Shown: positions 39,801 to 49,930 of the stretch, piece after piece
Position numbering within the stretch: position 1 is the first letter of the stretch
Layout: each line of letters starts with the position of its first letter
Assembly (NCBI GenBank): GCA_041571435.1
Contig: JBFFUI010000006.1
Span: forward strand, 1 to 64,000
Length of the DNA stretch: 64,000 nucleotides
Direction: 5' to 3'
DNA from: Sulfurimonadaceae bacterium
Lineage (GTDB): Bacteria > Campylobacterota > Campylobacteria > Campylobacterales > Sulfurimonadaceae
Notes under the pieces: generated by a model
Databases searched by the model: none
What the model saw: the letters and a program-made list of their open reading frames with translations, nothing else
What the model was told of the DNA's origin: nothing
Program-made: the position numbers and the translations under genes

Positions 39801-41585
39801 CTACTTCTTAATGTAACCCAACTCAATCAGCTTGTTATAGATATCAGAGACCATGCCCCCGGCGGCTGCACCCCCGTGACCACCATGTTCCACAAGGACC
39901 GTCACGATGTACTGAGGGTCATTCGCCGGCGCATAGGTCGTAAACCAGGCATGCGAACGTGTATAGTAGCGCATATCTCTTTCATTCATACGCTGTTTGA
40001 CCTCTTGCGAGATACCAATAACCTGAGCCGTTCCCGTCTTTCCGGCTACGGGGACCTTGGCATGCATAAAGTTAACCGCTGTACCCTTACTGTGTTGGCA
40101 GACCTGACGCATCGCCTGCTGTATAATCGGTAGTTCTTTGTGCTGTTCCGGTGTCAACACGTCTCTGTATTCAGGTACATACTCCTCATCACCGATCTTT
40201 TTAGCCAAATGCGGCGTTACCAGCAGACCGGTTGCCATAAGGGCTGTAAACTGCGTTATCTGCATCGGCGTAGTCAGGAAATCACCTTGACCGATAGAGG
40301 TGTTGAGCGTCTCACCGATATACCACGGCTGGTTAAAACGTTTGCGCTTCCACTCGCGGCTAGGTACCGTTCCGATGAACTCATTCGGAAGATCAACACC
40401 TGTCTTGGTGCCGAGACCGAACTGTTTAAGGCCAAAGCTCATGTCGGCAATACCGACTTTTAGACTCCCTTTGTAAAAATAGTCATCACAACTTTCGCGT
40501 ATCGCTTTGCGGATGTCCGTTGTACCGTGACCGGTATGTTTCCAACAGCGGAAATTACGTTTACCCAGTTTCATCGTACCCTTGCAGTCGACATTCCACC
40601 ACTGACTGATACCGGAGCTCAGATAGACAAGACCAAGACCCGTTTTAATGGTCGAGCCCGGTGGATAGAGTCCGTTGATCAGTTTGTTGGTAAACGGTGT
40701 GTCGATATTATCGATAAGCTCTTTCCAGCGCGTTGATGAGATCCCGGAGACAAATGTATTAAGATCATACTCGGGGAAACTGCCGGCTGCAAGGATCTCT
40801 CCGTTAATGCTCATGATTACAACGGCTCCTGCTCTGGCATCAAAACGCTCACTGACAAACTTCTGCAGACGCATATCGAGTGTCAGGGTTAGATTGCGGT
40901 TTTCGATCGCTTTGGTATGGCTCAGCTCTTCAATAACCTCATTCTGCGCACTGACCTTTACCTTACGCTCGCCTGCAACACCTTCAAGATAAGTGTTGTA
41001 GTACTTCTCGACGCCGCTTTTACCCGTCGAACCGATCAGCTTGGCAAGTTCATCGCGTTCAACATCTTTTATATTGGCCTTGGCAACATACCCGATAGTA
41101 TGCGCAGCCAGACTGTTATATGGGTAGTGACGCTTTGGCGCAGGAATGACAAGGATATTGTCATCGAGGTGAAGCGGAGAGTAGACAGGCATGATCTTCT
41201 CATAGGAGATAAAGTCGACAACACGGATCTCATTGTGGTTATAGTAGGAGTCATTTCGTATGTATTTGTTTCGGATCTTTGTCGCGTTCAGTTCAGGCAG
41301 ATAGCTCACAAGCAGGTTGATCGTCCTGTCAAGTTCACTGGGCTTGCCGTTCTTGTCCAGGTGTGGCTGCAGTTTGATCGAAAAACCGAGTTTATTGATG
41401 GCAATAGGCTCATTGTTACGGTCCAGGATCTCACCGCGTATCGGCGCGATCTTCTCTGTTTTTATGGTGTTGTGCGATGAAAGTGTCTCGTAATAGGTGT
41501 TCGACTGGATCGCAAGGTAAAAAACGCGTATGAGCAGCGAGACCCATATGATAAAGAAAAACGTTATAAGCAGACGTGTTCTCAT
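39801..41585 (-). CDS. mrdA: Penicillin-binding protein 2
   Basis: RGEILDRN, PPGSTIK (SxxK), SCD, KTGTAQ. Confidence 0.96.
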   Translation of the reverse strand: MRTRLLITFFFIIWVSLLIRVFYLAIQSNTYYETLSSHNTIKTEKIAPIRGEILDRNNEPIAINKLGFSIKLQPHLDKNGKPSELDRTINLLVSYLPELNATKIRNKYIRNDSYYNHNEIRVVDFISYEKIMPVYSPLHLDDNILVIPAPKRHYPYNSLAAHTIGYVAKANIKDVERDELAKLIGSTGKSGVEKYYNTYLEGVAGERKVKVSAQNEVIEELSHTKAIENRNLTLTLDMRLQKFVSERFDARAGAVVIMSINGEILAAGSFPEYDLNTFVSGISSTRWKELIDNIDTPFTNKLINGLYPPGSTIKTGLGLVYLSSGISQWWNVDCKGTMKLGKRNFRCWKHTGHGTTDIRKAIRESCDDYFYKGSLKVGIADMSFGLKQFGLGTKTGVDLPNEFIGTVPSREWKRKRFNQPWYIGETLNTSIGQGDFLTTPMQITQFTALMATGLLVTPHLAKKIGDEEYVPEYRDVLTPEQHKELPIIQQAMRQVCQHSKGTAVNFMHAKVPVAGKTGTAQVIGISQEVKQRMNERDMRYYTRSHAWFTTYAPANDPQYIVTVLVEHGGHGGAAAGGMVSDIYNKLIELGYIKK

Positions 41586-42034
41586 AACAGACCTACCAAC
41601 AAAAATTCAGCAAAGATATACCAGAGAACATGCCAATCCACTGTCGAGTGCTCCAGCCATAACATCTGCTCCAAAAGCATCGTAAAGAAGAAAAAACCGA
41701 TGTAGGCAAGAACGATGTAAATGAAGTGAAGACAGCGTCTACACTGTATCATCTGCTCGAGCTTTGGAATAATGAACTTATAAAGAAAAGAGAAGTAGAC
41801 CAAAGAGCTTAAAAAGAGGTATCCCTTGTCGGCCTCATAAACCAGCAGCATCGCCACAACAAGCAGCAAAAGTGAGATATCCTGTTTGTCCAGTGAACGG
41901 ATGAAGTAGAAAAAAAGCAGACCAAAAAGCGGCGGCAGAAAGAGGTAGATATTGCTCAGACTTTCGTATGCAAGATACGCGGCAAAAAGCAGCAGTGCTT
42001 TTAAAGCGAATGGATAAGGGATACTTCGTTGCAT
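41582..42034 (-). CDS. Membrane protein, possible divergent MreD
   Basis: 150 aa, about 5 hydrophobic segments, stop overlaps the mrdA start. Confidence 0.7.
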   Translation of the reverse strand: MQRSIPYPFALKALLLFAAYLAYESLSNIYLFLPPLFGLLFFYFIRSLDKQDISLLLLVVAMLLVYEADKGYLFLSSLVYFSFLYKFIIPKLEQMIQCRRCLHFIYIVLAYIGFFFFTMLLEQMLWLEHSTVDWHVLWYIFAEFLLVGLL

Positions 42035-42462
42035 ATCGGAAAGTGTTTACAGTTAATACAATCGGCCCAGATCTTGTGCTCAGGCAGAGACTCTTTGGGT
42101 ATTTCTTTAAAGCCGAGACGCTCAAAAAAGGCCTGCTGATAGGTGAGTGCGAGGACCTCTTTAAGGCCCAGGCTTTTTGCTTCCTCCAGCGCATGGCGCA
42201 CTAGTCCCGTTCCCACGCCCTCTCCTCTGACACTCTCGTCAACGATAAGCGAACGGACTTCCGCCAATGTCGTAGTGTGGATGTGCAGTGCGCAGAAACC
42301 GACCAGTTTGTCACCGTCAAAGGCAAGAATGTACGAACGGATGTTGGTCGCCGTTTCATCGTTATTACGTTTTAAAATAACGCCGCTTTCAACCTCGGGC
42401 TCAACAAGGAGCTGCATCGCAGGAATGTCAAGAAGTGTTGCTTTACGGTACTTAAGACTCAT
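42001..42462 (-). CDS. GNAT N-acetyltransferase (short ArgA-like)
   Basis: LAEVRSL, RGEGVG, LTYQ..FF..LGF, LPEHKIWADC; ATG 42462 behind AGGAG. Confidence 0.85.
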   Translation of the reverse strand: MSLKYRKATLLDIPAMQLLVEPEVESGVILKRNNDETATNIRSYILAFDGDKLVGFCALHIHTTTLAEVRSLIVDESVRGEGVGTGLVRHALEEAKSLGLKEVLALTYQQAFFERLGFKEIPKESLPEHKIWADCINCKHFPICNEVSLIHSL

Positions 42463-43087
42463 GTTGCTCCTCCTTATACTCTGCACCTTCCTGCAGTGTG
42501 TTGTAAAGTATCGAGATAAGTTTGTGCATGCCGCGTTTTTTTGCGCTGGAGACCAGGATGGCACCCGGATAGTCTCGCAGCAGTCTGCCCTGCTCCTTTT
42601 GGTTGAGCTTGTCTATCTTGGTGAAAACCCGTATGATGACCTGATCCTCACGACAGACTTGATCGAGATAATCAGCTACCGATTGATCGATCTCAAGGTT
42701 CGGATGACGGCAGTCAATAAGGTGCATAAAGACCTTGATCTGTTTGCGCTGAGCAATAAAATCAGTAAGATTTTTCTCCCAATCCGATTTGATGGACTTT
42801 GAGACCTTTGCATAACCGAATCCCGGAAGGTCCACGAACTTGGCCTCCAGTTTCTGGTCATTGTCACGGTCCATAAAGGTGACGTCGAAAAAGTTGATCA
42901 GGCGTGTCTTACCCGGTGTTGCAGAGACTTTTGCAAGGCTTTTTCTATTACTGAGGGCATTGAGAAGAGAACTTTTACCGACGTTTGACCGTGCCATAAA
43001 GACGACCTCGTTCAGGTACTCGTTCTCCGGTGCAAGGGTGACATCCGGTGCAGAGGTTACAAACGCTGAATTTATTATCTCGACCAT
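42452..43087 (-). CDS. engB: Ribosome biogenesis GTPase YihA/EngB
   Basis: RSNVGKSS, TPGKT, DLPGFG, TKID. Confidence 0.95.
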   Translation of the reverse strand: MVEIINSAFVTSAPDVTLAPENEYLNEVVFMARSNVGKSSLLNALSNRKSLAKVSATPGKTRLINFFDVTFMDRDNDQKLEAKFVDLPGFGYAKVSKSIKSDWEKNLTDFIAQRKQIKVFMHLIDCRHPNLEIDQSVADYLDQVCREDQVIIRVFTKIDKLNQKEQGRLLRDYPGAILVSSAKKRGMHKLISILYNTLQEGAEYKEEQHES

Positions 43088-43554
43088 TATTTACTCTCTT
43101 CTTCGATCTCAAATGTCATAATGACCGGCTTTGTGCTGCCGCCTTTAGCATGTGCTTTGCCCTCAACAGTATTGATCACGACCTCTTCGCCATTGATCTC
43201 TTTTTTATCGTCTAGCTGCTCAATATGAACATTCATGTAAAAGAGGTACTCTTTTTTTGCTGGTATAAAGATGACTTTGCCGGCCGTACCCTGGTACGCT
43301 GTCTTGTTCTCGGTCTCAATAAAGAACGAGACACTCCCCTCGGCAATATACTTGGTCGGTTTTCGCTTTGCATCGGTGTGGACAGTGACCTTTGAAGCGT
43401 TCAGTTCGTCGGCGTCCTTTGTTATCTGTACATCACCGCTGAAGACGGTGACGCCGCTCTTCTCGTTGGTATTAAAACTTTTTGCAACAACTTTGAGTTG
43501 CGATGCATGTACAGAGAACAGTAAAAAAAATGATAAAAGGAATAGATGTTTCAA
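43087..43554 (-). CDS. lptA: LPS transport periplasmic protein
   Basis: Signal peptide, OstA-like beta jellyroll pattern, follows kdsC-lptC. Confidence 0.85.
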   Translation of the reverse strand: MKHLFLLSFFLLFSVHASQLKVVAKSFNTNEKSGVTVFSGDVQITKDADELNASKVTVHTDAKRKPTKYIAEGSVSFFIETENKTAYQGTAGKVIFIPAKKEYLFYMNVHIEQLDDKKEINGEEVVINTVEGKAHAKGGSTKPVIMTFEIEEESK

Positions 43555-43563
43555 GGATAATCC

Positions 43564-44091
43564 TTATTTTGTTAAAGTAAATAAAGCTGTGACATTTTTG
43601 GCCTTTATCTTGCCCTGCCTGCTGTCATAGTAAAGGTCTGTTCCGACAAAGCTGTCGGATGCCCTGGTCATCGTAAATGGGCCAACCGCCTGGATAGATT
43701 CATTCTCTTTATTGATGACAGCTTTGTCTGACCTGAATTTCATACCGTCTTCACGATAGTAACGGACATTCCCTTCAAGGGTGATAAGGTCTTTGTTGTC
43801 ATAGACGCCATAGTCTGCCTGCAGATTGTTGCGCTGCCGACGCGTACTGTCGGTATAATCTATGTCTTCGACTTCGATACGGTCAGGATAACGAAACCCG
43901 TAACGTCCTATCATGATATCCTTCAGGCCGTTTGCATCGAGTTCATAAAGGGTGAAGTTTCGCAGTTCAAGTTCCGCAACCTGGACATTATCTTCAATGG
44001 TCTGGCGAACCGGATCGGGCTGAAAGAACAGGAGCATTGATGCTAGCACCAACGCAATGAAAATAAAGAAGTAGTTTACGTTTACTGCCAT
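43564..44091 (-). CDS. lptC: LPS export protein LptC
   Basis: N-terminal TM then ITLEGNV beta pattern; between kdsC and lptA. Confidence 0.8.
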   Translation of the reverse strand: MAVNVNYFFIFIALVLASMLLFFQPDPVRQTIEDNVQVAELELRNFTLYELDANGLKDIMIGRYGFRYPDRIEVEDIDYTDSTRRQRNNLQADYGVYDNKDLITLEGNVRYYREDGMKFRSDKAVINKENESIQAVGPFTMTRASDSFVGTDLYYDSRQGKIKAKNVTALFTLTK

Positions 44092-44576
44092 AGCGCTAAA
44101 AATTCACCGACTTCATCATTGATCTTGAAAAGTTCTTCGATCATCTCTCGAACAGCACCGTCGCCACCGTTTGCCTTGCAGACACGTTTGACAACATTTT
44201 TTACATGCTCGGAACCATCTTGCGGGGTAAACGAAAGACCGGCAATCGAGAGCATTTTGTAATCATTAAGATCGTCGCCCATAACGGCGATATGGCGCAA
44301 TGGAACATTCAGCTCCTCACTCAGTTGTGTCAACAAGGCAGCCTTGTCCTTAACGCCCTGATGAAGTTCTGTAATACCGAGCTCTTTGGCACGTCTCTCG
44401 ACAAGTTGAGAACGTCGGCCTGTGATAATGACTGCTTTATGGCCCATTCGGATCCATGAACTGATCGCAAGGCCGTCTTTGACATCAAAATGCTTGACCT
44501 CGTCACCCGAGTTGGTGTAGATGATCTTGCCATCCGTCAGACAACCATCGACATCAAGAATGATCAGATCGATCAC
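44082..44576 (-). CDS. kdsC: KDO-8-phosphate phosphatase
   Basis: LDVDGCLTDG, IITGR, MGDDLND, GGDGAVRE. Confidence 0.95.
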   Translation of the reverse strand: MIDLIILDVDGCLTDGKIIYTNSGDEVKHFDVKDGLAISSWIRMGHKAVIITGRRSQLVERRAKELGITELHQGVKDKAALLTQLSEELNVPLRHIAVMGDDLNDYKMLSIAGLSFTPQDGSEHVKNVVKRVCKANGGDGAVREMIEELFKINDEVGEFLALWQ

Positions 44577-45145
44577 AGTACACCTTTAGTGCTTGGAATA
44601 CCGGCACGTTCATTTTTAGCAGTCGCCCGTCGCAGTGCGACAGCAAAAGCTTTGAATGCCGCTTCGAGGATGTGGTGTTTGTTACGTCCGCGCTTCATGA
44701 CGATATGTGTCGTAATACGTGCATTCAGAGCGACCGCATGGAAGAACTCTTCAGCTAGTTCGGTATCAAAATTGCCTACTTTGCCATTTACATCAACTTC
44801 ATAATGGAGGTAAGGACGTCCGCTTAGGTCCATATCGCACTCAACAGCAGTCTCATCCATCACAACAGTCGCATTGCCGTAGCGCTCAACTTTTTTGATA
44901 GGATAGATCGCTTCGGCCAAAGCCTGACCGATGACAATACCGACATCTTCGACACTATGATGGTCATCAATGTGCGTGTCGCCTTTACAGCTGACGTTAA
45001 GATCGATCAATGCATGTTTGCTAAAGGCCTCAAGCATATGGTCAAAAAAACCGACGCCTGTACTGACATTGCTTTTTCCTGACCCGTTAAGTTCAAGCTC
45101 TACTGAGATCTCGGTCTCTTTGGTGGCTCTCTGTTTTGATATCAT
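44573..45145 (-). CDS. hisB: Imidazoleglycerol-phosphate dehydratase
   Basis: FFDHML, IDDHHSVED, NKHHILEA. Confidence 0.97.
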   Translation of the reverse strand: MISKQRATKETEISVELELNGSGKSNVSTGVGFFDHMLEAFSKHALIDLNVSCKGDTHIDDHHSVEDVGIVIGQALAEAIYPIKKVERYGNATVVMDETAVECDMDLSGRPYLHYEVDVNGKVGNFDTELAEEFFHAVALNARITTHIVMKRGRNKHHILEAAFKAFAVALRRATAKNERAGIPSTKGVL

Positions 45146-45147
45146 AT

Positions 45148-45969
45148 TTACTCTCCAACTATAAATGCATTTTCGAAAGGTGAATTGACTTTGAAGTCTC
45201 GTGCTTCAGCCTCAGACTTAAACCCGCTGAGCCATACACGGAAAACCCGTTTGTTATTATACTCAGTATCCTTGATGATTGTACGATATCCTTGATAACC
45301 GTCGTATTTGCTCTGTGTCATGAGCGCACCGTCGATCTTGGAGAACGAACCGATCTGAAGGGCATAGTTGTTATAGGCCAGCATCTCCTGATGATCCCTT
45401 TTCAGCTCTTTTTTCGTTGCGGCTTTATTGGTCTGTTTATTCTTAAAACCGACGACCTCAAGTTTCACATTGGCCGTCCCTTTTTTTACCATGTCGATCT
45501 TGTGAGCAGCCTTATTTGAGAGATCGATAATACGCGTTCCGACAAAGGGACCGCGATCGTTGATGCGGACAACAACACTCTTGCCGTTCTCACGATTCGT
45601 TACTTTAACCATAGTGTTCATAGGAAGTGTTTTGTGCGCTGCTGTCAGTTCGTGCATGTCATAAATCTCGCCGCTGGAAGTCGCTTTACCGTCAAAGTCC
45701 GGTCCATACCAGCTTGAGATACCGTAAAATGTCTCACCCACTCTAACCTTGGTTGGGTAATAACGTTTGCCGAATATCGAGTACGGGCGCATAGTAGGAT
45801 GGATGTATGTGCCATCTTTGCCCGATGCAGAAACTGTATGACTTTTTGGTGCCTTGACGTTGGAACGTTTTGCACTGTGACTTTTCACACCACGGGTGCT
45901 GCACCCGGCGACCATGACAGTGACTATGAAGATTACAATAACTCTAGTATACACGTAGCTTTTCTCCAA
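45148..45969 (-). CDS. rlpA: Septal ring lytic transglycosylase lipoprotein with SPOR domain
   Basis: VAGC lipobox, SWYG, TAAHKTLP, RINDRGP, IDLS. Confidence 0.93.
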   Translation of the reverse strand: MEKSYVYTRVIVIFIVTVMVAGCSTRGVKSHSAKRSNVKAPKSHTVSASGKDGTYIHPTMRPYSIFGKRYYPTKVRVGETFYGISSWYGPDFDGKATSSGEIYDMHELTAAHKTLPMNTMVKVTNRENGKSVVVRINDRGPFVGTRIIDLSNKAAHKIDMVKKGTANVKLEVVGFKNKQTNKAATKKELKRDHQEMLAYNNYALQIGSFSKIDGALMTQSKYDGYQGYRTIIKDTEYNNKRVFRVWLSGFKSEAEARDFKVNSPFENAFIVGE

Positions 45970-47338
45970 TCCTGATAGTATCAGAGAGTTTGTTGTTTCG
46001 TTCCTTAAGTGTACTCACACTCACCTTATAACGTTGTGCGATAGAGCTAAGATTGTCGCCTGCACGTACGATATAGAGTTTTTTTGTGTGTGGCATCGGA
46101 GGAACGATCAGCTTTTCACTTACGTGTATAACGTTGCTCTTCTTGTCATTCATTGCTTTGAGCTTTTTGACACTCGTTTTAAAGCGCTTTGCTATGCCGA
46201 GCAGTGTGTCTCCTGGGCGAACGACATAACTGTTTGCCGCGTACTTGAACTTGTATTTGTTGATCAGTGTCGGTGTCGTTGGAATAATAAGCTTTTGACT
46301 AACGCGAAGATAGTTGCTTTTGAGTTGGTTGAACTCTTTGATAATCCTGTACGGCACATGATATTTGGCACCGATACGTGATAGGTTTTCACCCGGTTTT
46401 ACAATATGGACAAGGTATATCTTTTTAAGATCGCACGGCTTGTAATTTTGTTTGAATCTGTTGAGCTTGTCGTAAGGTATATAAACAGCGCAGCTCTTTG
46501 AGAACGGCGGTACGAAATCATACGTAAGATGGCGGTTGAGTCTACGCATCTCATCTTTATCAATGTCAAGTAGTTCGGCGACGCGGCTGATCTTTTCACC
46601 TTTGGGAAGTGTTATTGTCGCAATTGTGTTGTGGTTGGCACGGTTTAACAGGTATCCGTAACCGTTGTTGTTGATGTCATACTCATCGATTCCCATCAGG
46701 GCGAAAGAGAGGATTTTTCGAACATAATTGCGCGTTTCTCTGGGAAGGTACTTTTTCTCTTCGCTCAAAAGGGTAAAGATGTCATCCTTGCCGTCGGCTT
46801 TCTCTATTGCCCGCTGGACACACCCTTCACCACAGTTATAGGCCATTGCGGCCAGATACCATTTGCCAAAACGATCATAGAGTGATGTGAGATACTTTGC
46901 GGCCGCCTCAGTCGACTTGATGGGATCACGTCGCTCATCAAGATAGTCGTCTATATGAAGACCGTATTGGCGTCCTGTTGCCGGCATAAACTGCCATATC
47001 CCGGCTGCCCTTTTTCTGGAAAACGCTTTAGTCGTGAATGACGATTCGGCCATCGCAAGATAGATAAACTCCGGCGGAACGTCTGCATTGTAAAGGATCG
47101 TCTTGATGGTTGGAATATAAAGACGGGCACTCTGCATGGCGTTATAGTACTGCTTATAGGCTTGCGGCGATTTTTTTGACTGTAACATCTTGTTTAGATA
47201 TTCGTCATTGATGTAGTTGGGATCGACATCAAACGCGGACAAAAGCATGATCTGTTTGTTGTGATTGCCTTCAAACTCCAAGCCTCCGAATAGAAGCATT
47301 GGCAAAAGCAGCAGAAAAAGTGTTAGACTGTATCTCAA
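45944..47338 (-). CDS. mltD: Lytic transglycosylase with three LysM domains
   Basis: AMAES, AAGIWQFM, AYNCGEG, LPRETRNYV; three LysM repeats. Confidence 0.9.
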   Translation of the reverse strand: MRYSLTLFLLLLPMLLFGGLEFEGNHNKQIMLLSAFDVDPNYINDEYLNKMLQSKKSPQAYKQYYNAMQSARLYIPTIKTILYNADVPPEFIYLAMAESSFTTKAFSRKRAAGIWQFMPATGRQYGLHIDDYLDERRDPIKSTEAAAKYLTSLYDRFGKWYLAAMAYNCGEGCVQRAIEKADGKDDIFTLLSEEKKYLPRETRNYVRKILSFALMGIDEYDINNNGYGYLLNRANHNTIATITLPKGEKISRVAELLDIDKDEMRRLNRHLTYDFVPPFSKSCAVYIPYDKLNRFKQNYKPCDLKKIYLVHIVKPGENLSRIGAKYHVPYRIIKEFNQLKSNYLRVSQKLIIPTTPTLINKYKFKYAANSYVVRPGDTLLGIAKRFKTSVKKLKAMNDKKSNVIHVSEKLIVPPMPHTKKLYIVRAGDNLSSIAQRYKVSVSTLKERNNKLSDTIRIGEKLRVY

Positions 47339-47451
47339 ATAAAAACCCCTGATATAAGCTTCTATTATAGCCTAAAAACCCCTAAAAAGAACTGCCTGAG
47401 CGGTTTTATGCGAGCAAGTGTGCATAAACGTTTCCAAATGCCATAATATTA

Positions 47452-48225
47452 TTAAATATTAAACAATTTACGTGCATTGCGCGTTGTTATCTCTTCGACT
47501 AAATCCCGCTCAAGACCAAGCAGCTCAGCCATTTTGTCCCGGACCAATGTCGTGTAGTACGGTTCGTTGCGCTCACCTCTGTGAGGGTGCGGCGTAAGGT
47601 AGGGACCGTCAGTCTCGATAAGCAGTTTTTCCTGCGGGATTTTGGGCAATACGTTAACAAGCTTTTTCGCATTTTTGAAGGTAAGTACGCCGCCTATTCC
47701 GAAATAGAAGTTATCGTTGGCAAGGGAGAGCAGCTCTTCATCGGCATTATAACAGTGCAGGACACCGCCCACTTCCGACGCACCGTTCTCCAGCAAGATC
47801 ACTTTCGCATCATGGCTGGCATTGCGTATATGAACGATCAATGGTTTTTTGTAACGTTTCGCCAGTGCGATCTGTGCGGAAAACACCTCTTTTTGAGCCT
47901 CTTTCTCTGCCGCTTTTTCGGCATCGCTCCCCTCAAGTCGAAAGTAGTCTAAACCGCATTCGCCGACCGCAACACACTTGGGGTGCACTATGTAACGTTC
48001 AAGCGCTTTCTCGTAATACTGCTCTTTATCATAGGGGTGTATACCGACCGAAAAGTATATTGGCGTATATTGCTCGGCCAAGGCTACGGCACGCTCCAAG
48101 GTGGTGATATCAGCACCGGGAATGATATAACGCTCTACACCGCCCTCTTTCGCCCGCAGAAGCACCTCGTCAAGGTCCGATCTATAGCGTTCATCGTCCA
48201 GATGTATATGGGTGTCTATAATCAA
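47452..48225 (-). CDS. tatD: TatD family hydrolase
   Basis: IDTHIH, GIHP, GECGLD, HCY, ETDGPY. Confidence 0.95.
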   Translation of the reverse strand: MIIDTHIHLDDERYRSDLDEVLLRAKEGGVERYIIPGADITTLERAVALAEQYTPIYFSVGIHPYDKEQYYEKALERYIVHPKCVAVGECGLDYFRLEGSDAEKAAEKEAQKEVFSAQIALAKRYKKPLIVHIRNASHDAKVILLENGASEVGGVLHCYNADEELLSLANDNFYFGIGGVLTFKNAKKLVNVLPKIPQEKLLIETDGPYLTPHPHRGERNEPYYTTLVRDKMAELLGLERDLVEEITTRNARKLFNI

Positions 48226-48398
48226 GATGCTTCCTTTGTCTTATTGTTTCGTGTTTTATTGACATTTATAATGTTCTTGACCATCATAAGGGTAAATACA
48301 AGTGCTATTACTACGGCAACCGAGCCGGATACACCTTCACCCACGCTAAAGGCAGAAACAGCATATATTGCAGCCAATACGCCAATGACAAGACACAC
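48222..48398 (-). CDS. Small two-TM membrane protein (58 aa), not in the ORF track
   Basis: GTG overlapping the recN stop; MCLVIGVLAAIYAVSAFSVGEGVSGSVAVVIALVFTLMMVKNIINVNKTRNNKTKEAS*; TGA overlaps the tatD TTG. Confidence 0.6.
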   Translation of the reverse strand: MCLVIGVLAAIYAVSAFSVGEGVSGSVAVVIALVFTLMMVKNIINVNKTRNNKTKEAS

Positions 48399-49930
48399 TA
48401 GGAGGCACTTTCGAGCAGCTCTTTTGCGAAGCTTCTCGCCTCTGTCGTGACGGTCTCGCCGCTGATCATGCGTGCGATCTCTTCAATGCGCTCATCTAGC
48501 GAAAGTTCGCGAACCGTACTCGTTTCATCTTTTTCAACCATAAAATGCTGTTCACCCATGGAAGTTAGCTGTGGCTGATGGGAAATGACAAAGATCTGAA
48601 AATATTTGGATAACTGCCGCAATACTCGGGCGACACTCATAGACTCTTCACCACTGAGGTTGGCATCGATCTCATCAAGCATCAGAACACCGCCCTGGCC
48701 CTGCATTGATTCGGATTGAACGGCCAAAAGTGCGAGACGCAGACGGTTGAACTCACCGGCACTTACTTTCTCCAAAGGGGCGCCCTTAAGGTTAAACTCC
48801 AACACATCCTGACCGGTCACGCCGCAGTCACCATGACTTAGCGACATCTCTGCCCCGCTTAGATAGAGCTGCTTAAGGTAACTGTTGATCGCCTCATTGA
48901 AGTCATAGAGCGCATTGCTGCGTTTCATCGATATATCACGAGCAAGCTCCATCATGTCGTTATAAAGTCTGTCAACCTCTTTGCCCAAACGTTCCTTCTC
49001 AAAATCAAAGTTTTCGTACTTATGCACTTCGAGCGCCTTCTCTTCACGGTAGAGCAGCGCCTCTTCGATCGAGCCATAACGACGTTTAAGCTCTGAGAGC
49101 TCTTCAAGACGGTTCAGAACCGATTCGATGTCTTCATTCTCCAACTCTTCAAAGTTTGTTCTCGCCTCATCAAACTGCGAACGGAGCTGGTTCATGGTGT
49201 CATCAAAAAAGGCACTGTCGATATCAAGGGAGCTGAGTGCCTCGGAAACAAGGTGCTCATTTTCAAATATCGACTCCGCAAGTGCCAGTTTCTCTTCCGC
49301 CTTCTCTTTTTGAGAGAGCGTCCGCTTGATCTCCAAAAGTTCTTCATATTCGCCGGCTTTGGGGTTGATGCCGTCGATCTTTTCTAGTTCAAACTCTGCG
49401 AACTCTTTATGCTCCTGCATCTGTTTTTCCTGCGCCAAAAGCTGCTCAAGGTCATGTTTGGCTTTTTGATAGGCATAAAACTCATTGCGGTAGATATCAA
49501 GCGTCTCAAGGTGATTCGGCTCCTTTTTGCTTACCTGCTTGTCAAGTACGCTAAGCATATTCGCCTGTTCGAAGTCGCTGTAGTCTTTAAGGCTAAGAAG
49601 GCGCAAATGGTGTTTTGAGATATTTTGCAGGGCCTTTTTGGAGATGCTTTGGGCATTCAGAAAGTAACGCACTTTCTCTTTTCGGACCTGCTTGAAGATG
49701 TTTGTCTCTTCGTTCTCAAATCCGGTAGACTCCTCATCAACCTGCCAGCTGACACTGGATTCACTGACCTCTGCCAAGGCGTCATCAAAACCGACGGAAC
49801 CGAGTATCGAACGCATCAAAACTGATTTTCCGCTGCCGCTGGGACCGGAAAAGACGATGAGACCACCCTGGAGTTCAAGCTCCACCTCGTTAAAAGTGAG
49901 ACAGTTTTTAAGATAAAAACGTTCTATCAT
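48398..49930 (-). CDS. recN: DNA repair protein RecN
   Basis: GPSGSGKS, SAGEFNR signature, LDEID, ISHQPQ; follows nadK. Confidence 0.93.
   Translation of the reverse strand: MIERFYLKNCLTFNEVELELQGGLIVFSGPSGSGKSVLMRSILGSVGFDDALAEVSESSVSWQVDEESTGFENEETNIFKQVRKEKVRYFLNAQSISKKALQNISKHHLRLLSLKDYSDFEQANMLSVLDKQVSKKEPNHLETLDIYRNEFYAYQKAKHDLEQLLAQEKQMQEHKEFAEFELEKIDGINPKAGEYEELLEIKRTLSQKEKAEEKLALAESIFENEHLVSEALSSLDIDSAFFDDTMNQLRSQFDEARTNFEELENEDIESVLNRLEELSELKRRYGSIEEALLYREEKALEVHKYENFDFEKERLGKEVDRLYNDMMELARDISMKRSNALYDFNEAINSYLKQLYLSGAEMSLSHGDCGVTGQDVLEFNLKGAPLEKVSAGEFNRLRLALLAVQSESMQGQGGVLMLDEIDANLSGEESMSVARVLRQLSKYFQIFVISHQPQLTSMGEQHFMVEKDETSTVRELSLDERIEEIARMISGETVTTEARSFAKELLESAS

Noticed and set aside
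39711-40133. 140-aa plus-strand ORF
   Set aside because: Antisense to the mrdA 3' end and crosses a terminator
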